A DNA stretch of 64,000 nt, taken from NCBI GenBank assembly GCA_043228905.1, contig JBHGNT010000012.1:8742001-8806000 (forward strand). The letters run 5' to 3'. Below, one piece after another: positions 26,266 through 40,032 of this stretch. The stretch's first letter is position 1. Every line of letters begins with the position of its first letter. The DNA is from Azolla caroliniana. Lineage: Eukaryota > Plantae > Polypodiophyta. Made by a program: the position numbers and the translations under genes. The notes beneath the pieces are model-generated. The model searched no databases. It was not told where the DNA came from and worked only from the letters and a program-made list of their open reading frames with translations.

Positions 26266-29200
26266 ATGGCTCAAAATAACGACCCGATGTCATTCGCTCA
26301 AGCGAAAGGAACTCAAGGGAATCCTCCTGGACAAATGTCCATTGAGATGTATTTTTCGCAAATAACCCAATATCTTAGTTTCACCGCTCAACAGATGACC
26401 GAACTTCGGCAAACTCAAAGTGCTCTTGAGGCACGAGTCATTAGTTTACAACGTGAGACTAATAGACCTGATGAGCGACAGGGTGAACCATCATTTGTCG
26501 TTAAGCCATTTACGGGAGAAAAAAAGGAAAGAACCGAAGAAGCAATCTGCACGTGGCTGGGCTGATGGGAGTCTCATTTTTAGCTTTATCCCATGCCAAA
26601 TGGTACGAAGATTGCATATGTCGGCCGAGAACTAGGGGGTAAGGCCGCCGCCTGGTGGCGTGGGCTCCGTACTTTGGGGAAATTGCCTGATACCTGGACA
26701 GATTTTGTCACAGTTTTCAAGGGCCAATTTCTGCAACCTCCCTCTCGAACCGAGGCAGCACAAGCTTTAATGAACCTCTCTAGTCGGAAATTTTCCTCGC
26801 TAGAAGACTATGTCCACCATGCTAGAACCCAAATCCAAAAATCGGGTCTAGAAGGGGACAACTAGTTAATAGCTTGTTTTGTGAATGACATCCCCAATTC
26901 GGATTATCACTAGATAGTGCATGATAAGGATCCAAAATCCTTCGAAGAGGCCATTGAAATAGTTCTTCGCTATCAATGCACTTCGAAGAAGGACCACAAC
27001 AAACCCAACGAAGCGCCTGGGACTAAGCAGTCGCAATTCATTGGGAAATGCAAGACACCCAATGAATCCATGGATCCCGATTGTAAGCGACAACATCCTT
27101 TTTGCGTATTCTGCAAAAAGAAGGGTCATACCAAAGAGCAATGTCGAAAGCTCCAACGAAAAGAGCACGACAACAAAGCTAAAGTTGCAGACCATAAAGG
27201 TCAGATTCCTAATGTCCTTCAGGTCTATACACATCATTTAAGTAATTGTCAATGTTCTTTCCCTCACTATGTCTTGGGTTCCAATGATTTACTACATGCA
27301 AACTGGTATATCAATGGATCTCTCGTACAATTTTTATTTGATTCGGGAAGCTCACACAACTTTGTCAATGATCGTTTGGTTCAGATATGGGGAATCCAAC
27401 CCATCGTAAGTGATCACACCTATACGATGCACTTGGCTGATGGAAGAGTACAATACATCAACGGGGCGATTCATTCATTAGGAATTTCTATTGATACTTA
27501 TATAGAGGAAGTAGACTTCCATGTAATGAATCTTTGTACCACTGATGTAATACTAGGTTATTCCTGGTTTTATAACAAAAACTCTTCTTTATTTATTGAT
27601 TGGGTTCATTATTCAATAACTTTTGTACTGAACGATTGTACTCATTTTATTCAATGTGTCAGATTGTTTCCTTGTGTCCATCAATATCCGAGTTGCCTTG
27701 TTCTACTCTATTTTATTGTGTACTTGATCCGGACATTCATGTTTACAATATCGATAATGTCTCGGGTCAATTAACATATTTTGAACAACAACAACTTGAT
27801 GAAATCTTAAATGATTTTCGTGATGTTTTTTTGAGTGAACTACCAGATGGGTTACCTCCTAAACGTAATATAGACCATCGTATAGATATTGTACCTGGCG
27901 TTGCACCAATAAGTATACCTCCTTATCGCTTAAGTCGATCTGAAGAGGATGAAGTAGCTCAGCAACTCAAGGATTATTTACGAATGGGTTATATACGTTA
28001 TAGCAAATCTCCATGGGGGGCACCAGTTCTCTTGGTTAAAAAGAAAGAGGGCACACAACGTATGTGTATTAATTACTGACGCTTGAATAAAGTGACGATC
28101 AAGAATTCGTATCCATTGCCCCGGGCTGACGATCTAATTGACCATCTCCAGGGAGCTCGGTATTTTACGAAACTTGATCTCCGTACTGGCTACCATCAAA
28201 TTCGTATAAGTGAGGACGATGTTCCTAAAATGGCATTTCGTACGCGCTATGGCCATTATGAGGTTTTGGTTATGCCTTTTGGTTTGACCAATGCTCCGGC
28301 TACATTTCAACAAGAAATGAATGGCATTTTCCGAGAACAACTTGGAAAATTTGTCGTTATTTTCTTGGATGATATTTTAGTTTATAGCCGTACATTACAA
28401 GAACATGCTAAACATGTCCGCTTTGTTTTACAAACATTGCGTGACAAACAGATTTACGCGAAGATCTCAAAATGTGAGTTCTTCAAGAAATCAATTACTT
28501 ATCTTGGACATCTCATAACCGAACGAGGAGTTGAAATTGATCCTTCTCGCATCGAGAAAATCAAGCTTTGGCCCACTCTTCGGAACATTCGAGAAGTTCG
28601 ATCATTCCTTGGTTTTGTCGGGTTTTTGTGAAAATCCCTTCGTAATTACTCCCAATTGACGACGCCGTTTATTGATATTCTAAAAGGTCAAACGCGTAAG
28701 TCTACAAAACCTATTGTCTGGAATGCTACACTAGACCTCGCCTTTAAGGAACTCAAGGACCTGGTGTGTAAGGCTCCTTCACTTCTTTTACCTGATCCTT
28801 CAAAACCTTTTGAGGTTGAAACCGATGCAAGCGATTATGCTATTGGTGCTGTCTTATATCAAGATGGTAAACCAATAACATTCGAGAATAAGAAACTTGA
28901 TTCTGCTCAATGTCGGTATACTGTTCAAGAAAAGGAATTATTTGCAGTTATACATGCGCTCAAAACATGGCGCCATTATCTTTATGGAAATCGCTTTGTG
29001 GTAACTACGAACCACGAGTCCTTGAAATATTTTTGTGACCAACAAGTCCTGAAAGGTCGTAAGGCACGATGGGCTGATCTCATCCAGGACTTTGACTTTT
29101 CCATGAACACTGTCGCTGATGCACTAAGTCGCATCCGTGAAGTTAACATGCTTAGCTTCACTGAAATATCATCAGATCTTTATGATCACCTTCGAGGAAA

Positions 29201-30640
29201 ATATCTTGATGACAGTTATTTTTCAAAATACTAGGCAAGAGTTGAGTCTGGAACAGACACCACCACATCCTCGAGGGAATACTTCCACATTGCTAACGGT
29301 CTGCTCTACCGTAATGGGAAGGTTTGTGTTCTAGATTTGCCCGAGGTCAAAAAGAGAATTCTTTTTGAATGCCATGATGCACCCTCAACAGGGCACCCTA
29401 GAATACATCGTACACTCGTTCTCATCTCCACTCAATTTTATTGACCTAAGATGTGTCTTGACATACATAGCTATGTGACTAAATGTCACCAATGTCAGGT
29501 TAACAAAGCCAAGTGACTTAAAGCCGTAGGACTTTTACATCCCTTGGATATTCCCAATAATAAGTGGGAAAGTATATCCATGGATTTTATTGTTAGCCTT
29601 CCTCACACCCAAAAAGGCCATGATGCCATCTGGGTTGTGGTTGATAGACTAACTAAAATGGCTAGATTTATTGCTACTAAAACCACGGTAACAACTCCTG
29701 AATTGGCTTACCAATTCGTTGACAAGTTATTTCGTTTTTATGGGTTACCGATGGATATCGTGAGTGATCGAGATCCAAAATTTACTAGTGACTTATGGAC
29801 ACAAGTCTTTAAGAAGTTAGAAACTACGTTGAGCATGAGCTCCACGGATCATCCTCAGTCCGATGGACAAACAGAACGAGTAAATCAAATTATTGAGGAC
29901 ATGCTTCGAGCATACGTTGGTGCAAAACCAACAAAATGGGAACGTTATCTCCCAATTTTGGAGTTTGCTTATAACAACTCCAGGCATACGTCGACGGGAT
30001 ATAGTCTTTTTATGTTGATGTATGGTTTTCAGCCACGAGCCCCGACTGATGTTAATATACATCATGATGAGTTGCGAAGTACGCAAAACTTTCTTCGGGA
30101 TATGCAAGATATGTCGCATATTGCACGAGATAATATAAAAACAACTCAAGATAGAGCGCGTTTTTATGCCGATCATCATAGGCAACCTCGTGTATTCAAC
30201 CCTGGATAGAAGGTATTTTTACTTGTACCTCACAATTCTAAGACATTGTCTAAGGGTAAGTGCGCTAAGTTAGCCCCATGGTTTTGTGGACCGTTTACAG
30301 TCCACACATTGGGTCATCAACGTATCGTCTCGCTCTTCCCGATGGTGTTGAAATTCATCCATTTTTTCATGTGAGTCGTCTAAAAGAACTTCTAGGTTCT
30401 GGCAACAATACAGTTACAACTGAAACTCTGGTTACTTCTGAAGAATGATCTTCTAAACCACATGTACCAGAAAGAATTCTCGATGTTAAAACAAAAAAAT
30501 TACGTACTAAAGAAATCCGAGAATTTAAAATAAAATGGAGGGATAAATCAATAAAAGATGCCATATGGGAACGCGAAAATACTCTTAGAACTAGCTTCCC
30601 TAACTTTCCATTGCCAGAGTGCAATGTTTTAAAGAGGGGG
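26266..30640 (+). pseudogene. gag-pol of element C (gag, CCHC, protease, RT, RNase H, integrase, chromodomain) with stops and frameshifts
   Basis: [66 protein letters not shown], and ERILD..KIKW..AIWE (chromodomain). Confidence 0.92.
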
Positions 30641-31356
30641 AGTATGTTACGGGCATGACCATATAATATCCCGTGGTGAGAATTTACCGTAGCATTCCAT
30701 ACACGTGGATAAGTGTGAGGGTTAAACGAGAGTGTAAAGAAGGGGAGGATTACTTTTAATCCTCAGGATTGAGACAACCCATTAGACCAAGTGTGAACTT
30801 GCCTGGGGGCCTTGGGTATCACTATAAATAAGAGGCCTAGCTACCCTCATTTGATCATCTGGTTGACTACGTCGAGACTCTGTCTTGTGGTGGGTCAACT
30901 CTTGTAGCGAGTGCGCCAGCACCAGGTATGACTCGACGCCAAGGCGGTGGTATGGGACGCTGATTGAGGCTTGAGTCCATCTCGATCCCTTCACTCGGTG
31001 GTGGTCAGGTGGATTGGCACCCTGCTTTCTCTCTCTCCTTTCTATCTAGATCTATATTCTATCCTTATCTAATGCTTACATTAGTTCATGTCTCTAACAA
31101 ATTCCTTCTCGATCTTGTCCAAATTTTCCGTCTCCAATTCGTCCTCAATCTTACGGCCCTTTACCACATCGGACAATGTCCGGGTCTTGGCCTTCCGGTT
31201 GTCTCTGTCCTTTTTGACTCTACCGCCGTCGCCGCTTGTTCTGACTTTATCGGATGTGCCGACTTCTTCAGTCGACTCAACTTCCTTTTTCTTCTTCTTG
31301 TCTCCCCGTATCTCTCCAGTTCTTTGTCCGTTGCCAACACCTATTTTCCCAGTTTT

Positions 31357-34300
31357 TGTCAGAACCAAGAGAGAAGGTAAAGTGATAGAAGAAAGATATA
31401 AAGAGATCACAAGAAGAGGAATGAAATGATAAGAGAAGAATGAATGTATTAAAGTAGAATAAGAATGGATACAAGATAGGCGATGAGAGCTTAAGATTGG
31501 TGTTGATTCAAATTGGTTTGAGAAGAATTGTATGTCCATATTTATAGGTTCCTATAGAATAACCTAGGGATTTCTATAATGTTCTAGAATGTTCTAGACC
31601 TAGAATATTCTAAGATCTTCTATGATATTCTAGAATGTTCTAGAATGTTCTAGAACATTTACAATATCAATCTATTACAAGAAGTAGCTTTTATTATTTC
31701 ATATAATCATATGCTATCTTAATGGTTAGGTTCTTGATTATGTATTACAAGGTCTTGGGTTCAAGCCCAAGTGAAGCCACATAATGTTCACAGATTCATG
31801 ACACTATCCCTCCTCTTAAAACGACGAGTCGAAGGAGTTGTTAACAATGTAGGGCCGGGTTTGTTGGGATAGTGACGATGGAAGTCGTCAATAAGTGCTG
31901 GAGCATTACAAACATTATCGACGGGTTCCCATGTGCGATCGCTCGGAGTATAGCCTAGCCAATCAACTAGATAATACAACTTATTACGCACAATCTTTGA
32001 ATCAAGAATGGAGGCTACCTTGTACTCTGGTCCATTAGCAAGTTGGAGAGGAGGCGGTGGTGGCACGACACGATTGGGAATCGAGCTGGTGTGGTAAGGT
32101 TCCAAAAGAGAGATGTGAAAGACTGGATGAAGCCGCAAATTTGCAGGAAGATCAAGACGGAATGTTGCATCATTAATTCGCTTCGTGATGACAAAAGGAC
32201 CCAAGCGTTTATAATCTAGTTTATCACACAGTCGAGTAGTCTTTATGTGACGGCGTAACAACCATACTCGATCACCAACCTTGAATGGAGACGAAAGACG
32301 ATGTCGATCTGCATGGGCCTTATGTTGGGCTTGAGCTTTCTGAAGATGTGAAGACAACTTAGACTGAAGGTGTTGTAGTCGATGGATGTGGTGCTCTGCA
32401 CTAGGGTTTGGTGAGATCACTGGAATGTCCAAGAGACACCATCGAGGATGGTTGCCAATATAGGCATAGAAAGGTGTGACCTTGGTAGAAGAGTGCGATG
32501 CCTAGGTATTTTAGCTCAACAACATGTGTCACATGTGTGAACATAATCTTCAACGAATTGTTGTAAATGAGGCCACCAAAATGATCGATTCACTAGCTCC
32601 ATGGTCTTGGCAATACCAAAGTGTTCGGCCATACGGGCATCATGACAGTGCTCCAACACTCGAAGGCATGGTGATCCATTAGGGACATAAAGTAGATTCT
32701 TGTAGAAAAGTAAGTTATCTTTCCACTTGAACTCCTTATAGCGTTGAGATGTCCCTGGCAATGTGGAGCAAAATGCATGATTTGGACCAAGGTGGGCGAA
32801 GACATCCATAGCAAAATCATCAGAGTTAAGTTGTTGTCGAATAGTATCAAGAAGACTTGAATCCAATGGTGTGGCGCAAACCGTGGTTGCTTGTAGCTTT
32901 GTTGGACCAAGGAGAACTTGCTTTTGATTGTCGAAAGTTGGATCTCCAGGGTGAAGTGCCAAATATGAGCGTCGAGATAGAGCATCTGCTTGCCCTTGTT
33001 GGTTCGCTGGGCGGAAAATGATCTTGAAATCAAAATGAGTTAAAAATTGCGCTCACCGAGCTTGTCGCCTATTTAGCACTCGAGTCGTCTGAAAATATGT
33101 AAGATTTTTGTGGTCACTATAAATGATGATTTGATGAGGCGAACCTTCCAGGAAATGTCGCCATTGCGCAAAAGAGTCGACCACAGCTAGTAACTCTTTG
33201 TCCTGAACCTCGTAGTTGATCTCCACAACATTAAACTTTCTTGAGTGAAACGCGACTGGATGTAAGTGCCCATCTTCACCTGATTGTGATAGGATGCTCC
33301 CCAATGCAATGTCGGATGCATCTGCCTCAATGATAAATGGCTTTTCTGGATCAACATGAGCTAAGACAGGAGTTGATGTGAATGCCTCTTTCAACTGAGT
33401 AAAGGCTTTGTCTACTTCAAGAGTCCAAACAAATGCTTGATTTTTCTTGGTAAGTTGAGTAAGCGGCAACACAATCTTCGAATAATTCCATATGAATTTG
33501 CGGTAGAAGTTGGCAAATCCAAGGAAACACTAGACATTGCGGACGAAACTTGGAGTATGCCATTCCAATACTGTTTGAACTTTTGTTGGATCCATGAAGA
33601 TACCTTTGGATGAAATGGTATAACCCAAGAACTCAACTTCTTTGCAATCAAAACTGCACTTCTCTAGTTTGGCATAAAGACCATACTCTCTTAAGTGTTG
33701 GAGTACCTTCCGGACATGTATATCATGCTCCGCTTGTGTCTAGAGTAAATCAATAGATCATCTAAATAGATGATAAGAAAGATATCTAGAAAATCTCGGA
33801 AAATGTCATTTGTCCATATGTTGAAACACGGCAAGAGCATTTGTGAGCCCAAAAGGCATAACTGTATACTCGAAATGGCCATATCGAATGCGAAATGCAG
33901 TCTCCACTCGTCTCCCGGACAAATACAGACAAGATTATATGCACACCTTGATCAATCTTGGTAAAATGCTTTGCCCCACCAATGCGCTCTAAAAGACTGG
34001 AAATTAAAGGTAGAGCATACATATTTCTTATTGTCACTTTATTTAATCCCCGATAATCCATGACCAAACGACGTGAGCCGTCCTTTTTCTTCACGAAAAA
34101 GATAGGATCACCAGCTGGAGACTTTGAATGTCGAATAAATCCACTTGCAAGATTCTCGTCAATGTATGCTCAAAGAACCTCAAGCTCTGTTGGTGACAGA
34201 TTGTAGATCGGACCCCATGGTGGCTCTTTTCCTGACTGTAGATCAATGGGACAATCGTATGACCGATGCTTTGGAAGTACACTAACTTTGACTTTGTCGA

Positions 34301-36655
34301 AGACATCAACATATTCTTGGTACTTTTTAGGAATGTAGACCTTTGACTTCCCTTGAGTGTCACTAGAAGGTGCAACTGATATGGCAAATAAGAATAAATC
34401 TTCTTTTGCTCCTTCTTGGCATAATTGTTCTAGGGTGATGGTTGAAATCTAATGAAGAGGAACAACATGTTTGGTAGAGGGTGAATTGGTAACACTATGT
34501 TTTTCAAGGGGAGGATCCTAGCTTCGACCCTTGACTACTATGTTTCCTTTTGAAGGGCACCTAATTTCTCGTCATCTCCAATCAATTCTTGGGCTGTGTA
34601 GCTCGAACCATGGCAAACCAAGGACTATTGGATACTCAGGGCTACGGATTATGTTAAAGGAGACTACACATCCTAAATCACCTAAGAGTATGTGTATCGA
34701 CTCAGACTCCTCGAATATCTCTCTAGAAGCTATGGAACGTCCATCAATCACTACTACGGAAACTAGGCAAGGAAGTTTATGCAAGGCTATTTGATGTTTT
34801 CGGGCAAAATCTCTATCCATGAAACAAGAATTGGCTCCGATATCTAAGAGATCTGGGACATGAAGTTGGCAACTTGGTGTCCTAACTTGTACTTGGCTTG
34901 AGAAAACTCTACTAACATGCTTGGAAGAGATGAAACCCACACTAGGCTGTACAGATCTAGGATTGTCCAACCAAACGGCTCCGATTTTGGCCGGACTTAT
35001 TCGTTTGACTCCTCTTCTAATTGGCTTGGGACCTCAAACTTATTGGATAGAGTTGGATTATTAGAAACACTAGTTGGCATAGTTTCAACAATGCTAGACT
35101 CATTTCTATTATCAATAATGCTAGGCTCATTTCTATTATCATAGTTAACGTGATGTACCTGACGTCTCGGTTTGTGTGGACAATGAATGGCAATATGTCC
35201 TGAACCTCCACAATATAACCATAGTCGATTTGCTCGACGACGTTGTTTCTCTTCCTCTGATAAAGGTCCTCATTGCCAGGTCATATCAATCTCCATCGGT
35301 GTCGGGCTATCCATTGGTGTTGGGCTACGTGCTTGCCGTGGAGTTGGGATGGGGCTATATTGTTGCCTTGGAGATTGTGCCGTCATTCATGCATAAGTTG
35401 GCGTAAATCTTGATCTTGTTTTTTGTTGTTGTCGCTCAGACCGACGCTCAAAAAGCCGATTATCTCACTGTATTGCTTGGCTAATAGCTTCTGTAAGGGA
35501 TTTTGGATCCTCAAGGAAGGTAAGAAGTAAATCCTTTACATCTCCACGGAGGCCCGAACGAAATTGCTCCATTAGAGCTTGTTTGTCCCAAGGAATATCA
35601 CTTGCAATGAGACGAAAATTGGCTGCATACGTTGATGTTGGTTGATCCCCTTGTCGCAGTGTTCTTACACTATCTGTGTCTCCAAAGCAAGCCTTAAAAT
35701 CTTTGATAAATTCTTCAAAGTTGTTGAGTAGGGGCGAATTTGCTTCTAGCAATGGAGGAAACCATGACAATGCCCTGCCAGTCAATAAAATGCCCACTAA
35801 CCCGACTTGAGATGAATCCGTCAGATAACACGTGGGATGCATTTGAATTACCAACCACACTTGATTTATAAAACCTTGAAAATGTGCTCTCGACCCATCA
35901 AATTTAGCTGGGAGGTTGATTTTGGGCTCCTTAAGAACTCCTTGACCGTCAACTTTTAGTTGTTGTAAAGCTACTATTGCCGATTCTAGTTGTTGAACCC
36001 TTCGTGTAAACTCATCGTGTATTTGTTGCTTCTCTACTGAAACCTTCTGTAGGTCTTCAAGCAATCGTTGATTCTCCAACTCTAGTGATGGAAACTTGCT
36101 TTTGAGATTTTCCATTTCTGCAACAAGGGCGAGGTATTCTTGTGGGTTGCCAGCAACCATGGGTACTTACTAGTGTTTGTGGAAGAGGCTAGACGAGAAG
36201 AAGGAATTCGAATCAAACTGTCAGAACCAAGAGAGAAGGTAAAATGATAGAAGAAAGATATAAAGAGATCACAAGAAGAGGAATGAAATGATAAGAGAAG
36301 AATGAATGTATTAAAGTAGAATAATAATGGATACAAGATAGGCGATGAGAGCTTAAGACTGGCGTTGATTCGAATTGGTTTGAGAAGAATTGTATGTCCA
36401 TATTTATAGGTTCCTATAGAATAACCTAGGGATTTCTATAATGTTCTATAATGTTCTAGACCTAGAATATTCTAAGATCTTCTACGATATTCTAGAATGT
36501 TCTAGAACATTTACAATATCAATCTATTACAAGAAGTAGCTTTTATTATTTCATATAATCATATGCTATCTTAATGGTTAGGTTCTTGATTATGTATTAC
36601 AAGGTCTTGGGTTCAAGCCCAAGTGAAGCCACATAATGTTCATAGATTCATGACA
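31357..36655 (-). mobile_element. Chromovirus D (Tcn1/Tf1-like Gypsy), LTRs 36219-36655 (5') and 31357-31803 (3')
   Basis: LTRs about 98% identical by eye; TSD GTTTT/GTTTC; PPT GAGGAGGGATAG. Gag EPKINLPAKFDG, protease LLDIGANSCF, RT YLDDLLIYS, RNase H EADASD/DKELLAVV, chromodomain YKVASILD..YYLVDWLGY..RTWEP. Integrase core deleted near 32500. Confidence 0.95.
36430..36510. promoter_or_regulatory. Heat-shock element array (nTTCnnGAAn repeats) in the LTR of D; also 31570-31660
   Basis: TTCtaGAAtgTTCtaGAA(tgTTCtaGAA) directly upstream of the minus-strand TATA box. Confidence 0.7.
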
Positions 36656-37565
36656 GTTTCCGTAACGGTTCTCCCCGTATCAGTCCTGGTTCTCTCCCTC
36701 AAGTGTGGCATGTTGAGATGCTGAAGACCAAGCATCTCCGAAAAATGTTGCAACTTGTTGGTTCCAAGGGCCTTCGTGAAGATGTCAGCAATCTGCTGAC
36801 CAGCTTTTCAGTTATACCACATCGGTATCAGGCTTCACATATTTGGGCCTTCCGGCCACTGAATTTCGGTAATCCGAAAACCACATGTTTCGATTGCAGG
36901 TCTTGAAGCCTCTAATAGTTGACGTGGCCGATCCACTTGTGCCACAGGTTGATATCTGATTTAACCTTCTATCCTTTGTGAACATAGTGGTGCTGATGTC
37001 GTTGGTGTCGAGGATAAACATCCTCTCGTCCCGGCACCCTTGCGCAATTATCTGGCCTTCCTCCTCGATGAAGCATCCAAAGTGCTTAAACCGCACTTGC
37101 ATCCCCTAGTCGACGATCTGCCCGATTGACACCAGGTTCTTTGTGATTGTCGGAACATGTAGTACGTTCATTAACTTTCCCTATTGTTTGGCGTGGCTTA
37201 AAGGAACTTCTCCGACATGCACAATCGGGTGAGGAGTGTCGTCTCCGGTTTTGACAACTCCCGGTTGCTCCGGCTTTTCTAGAAACGAGAACCACTCTTC
37301 GTGGCTTGTCATGTGGTTAGATGCTCCGGAGGTCATGTACCACACTTCCTTTGATCCGGAAGTGGTCTTCTTCATCGAGTTCGCCTTGTGTTTCATCACA
37401 AAGGCTGGACCTTTTCCGGTCTTACTGGTAGTCCCCAATCCTTCATGTTGCTAACATACCGGAGTATCCGGTGTGCGCACTGAAGGTGCTCGACGGTCGC
37501 CTTCTGCATGAACTGGCTGATCACTCCGACCGGGTAACTGATGTTGGTTTGAGTGATTATCAAGT

Positions 37566-37676
37566 TGTTGGGAGACAGGTCCCTCCGGATGGGAAGGGAG
37601 AAGAACAGTGCCGAAGACAGGAAACCGTATGAGGTGGACCCGGCTACGGAGAGCCGGATGGTGCAGACCCGGTATG
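37566..37676 (+). mobile_element. Truncated 5' end of an LTR of the same family as solo LTR 40033-40719
   Basis: TGTTGGGA...GGTCCCTCCGGATGGGA is the reverse complement of 40690-40719; it sits at the B/E deletion junction. Confidence 0.7.
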
Positions 37677-40032
37677 AACCTTTCCACTATGGTAGAGCAA
37701 ACCGTTTGTAATGTGAAAGGTCTCCTTCAAGGGTTTAGGGTGCTAGTAACAACATCTAAACCAGATTTGGCTTTCGTCCAGTATTTCGAGAAATAACTAT
37801 AATCAAGGTATTTCCCTCGAAGGTGATCCAAAAGATTAGATTTTTTTCCGTGAAGCTAAGCATGTTAACTGAATCTTTAATGGGACTAACAACATCCACA
37901 ACGGTGTTCATAGAACCCTTGTGATACCGCATGGAAAAATCAAAATCTTGCACAAGGTTAGCCCAATAGCCTTTACGACCAACAAGATCTAGTTGGTCAC
38001 AAAAATACTTCAAGGATTCATGGTGCGTTGTAACCACAAATTGATTTCCATAGAGATAATGCCTCCATGGTTTTAATGCATGTATTACCGCGAACAACTC
38101 TTTCTCTTGAACCGAATACCGATATTGAGTAGCATCAAGTTTTTTACTTTGAAAAGCGATAGGGTGACCGCCTTGACAAAAGATGACACCAATAGCATGA
38201 TCACTAGCATCGGTTTTGATTGAGAAAGGCTTGGAAGGGTCTGGTAATAGAAGAGTAGGAACTTCACACACATGCTCTTTGAGTGTCTCAAATGATGTGT
38301 CAAGTTTTTCATTCTAGGAAATTGGTTTGACAGACTTGCGTGGATGACCTTTTAAAAGGTCAGTTAATGGTGTAGTCGATTTGGAATAATTACGAATTGA
38401 TTTTCGTAAAAATCCAACAAATCCTAAGAATGTTCGAAGTTCACGAATATTATGAGGAATGGGCCAAAGTTTAACCTTTTCAATATGAGAAGGTTCAATT
38501 TCAATGCCATTTTCCGTAATTAAATGACCTAGCTACACAATAGATTTTTGGAAAAAATCACAGTTTGAATGTTTTGCATAGAAAGAGTTGTCACACAACT
38601 TTTGCAAAACAAATTGAACATGTTGAACATGATCTTGCAAGGTACGGCTATATATGAGAATATCATCCAAGAAGACGACAACAAAATCACCGAGTTGATC
38701 TTAGAAAACGTCATTCATCGCTTGTTGGAATGTGGCTGGAGCATTAGTCAACCCGAAAGGCATGACTAAAAACTCATAATGGCCATAACACGTACAAAAA
38801 AGGTTTTAGGAATATCATCCTCGACAATGGGAATCTGATGATAACCTGTTCATAAGTCAATTTTCGTAAAATATCGGGCCCCGTGCAAACGATCAATAAA
38901 ATCATCGGCACAAGGTAACATATATGCATTTTTAATTGTTAGTTGATTCAAACGACGATAGTTAATACACATTCGCCATGAACCTTCCGTCTTCTTAACT
39001 AAAAGAATTGGCGCACCCCAATATACCTAATGTGACCCAGACTCAAGTATTCCTTAAGTTGTTTGGCGATCTCATCCTCTTCTAATCGAATAAGTCGATA
39101 AGGTGGAATGCTCACAGGAGCAACACCGGGAATGAGTTCAATCTGATGGTCCACATTACGTTGTGATGGTAAAGTAAGCGACAATTCGTTAGGAAATACG
39201 TCTTGAAAATCATCTAAAATAGAGTTGAGTAATTGTCGTTCATAATGTGGTAATTGAATGACGTCAAGATTAAAATAATAAAATTGAAGCAGTAGATCAA
39301 TTACACACGAATAAATTGATGAACTAGAATACTCACTTAAAGATTTATAAGACACAAGTGAACGAGAAGGAAGTTTGGAACATTGAATAATTTTTTTACA
39401 ATTATTGAGTTCAAATGTGATTGAGTGATCAACCCAATCAATGGACAAAGACAGGTTTTAAAAAAAAAACATGGGTATCCTAAAATAACATCTGCGGATT
39501 GTAGTTTCATAACATGAAAGTCCAGCTTCTCCATATAGGTATGTATTTGAATTGGCAGTTGACAAACAATGCCATTGATGTATTGAACACTACCATTTGT
39601 CATGTGAACTTGATAGATATGATCACTTGTGTTTATGTGGAGTTGCATTTGCTGCACCAAGTGATCATTAAGAAAATTGTGAGAACTACCGGAATCAAAC
39701 AAGAAATGTGCGTGTGTTCCATTGATATACCTGACTGCTTGGAGTAAATCATTAGGTCCAAGTGAATGTGATGGAATAGTGCATTCACATGAACTTAAGT
39801 GGTTGGTATGAACTTTAATAACATCAAAAGACCCACATGTGTGACTCATAGATTTGTCTTAAGGAGGGGTGTTCATTGACTTCCTCTCAAGACGACGACA
39901 TGTATCCTTTGTGTGGCCCCGCTTCTTGCAATATGCACAGAAGAGGTTTGGTTTCTTTGAGTTGCGGTCAAGAGTGTGATTGGATTGTTGTCATTTTCCC
40001 AATGAACTTGACATTCGGAGTTTTGGCGAACT

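Larger units (their letters stand above)
19710..31099 (+). mobile_element. Chromovirus C (Gypsy), full-length but decayed, LTRs 19710-20164 and 30645-31099
   Basis: Paired TGTTAC...TAACA LTRs, TSD GATTC/AATTC, iMet-like PBS TGGTATTCGAGC near 20167, PPT AAAGAGGGGGAG before 30645. Confidence 0.93.
18905..37565 (-). mobile_element. Copia B, 5'-truncated and rearranged; 3' LTR 18905-19363; hosts C and D
   Basis: LTR TGT...ACA with PPT GAGGGGGAG. Fragments: RT ISYPVGVISQFMQK..HLQCAHRILRYV, protease WYMTSGASNHMT, RNase H QIADIFTKAL. The sequence is continuous across the C and D insertion sites. Confidence 0.8.
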
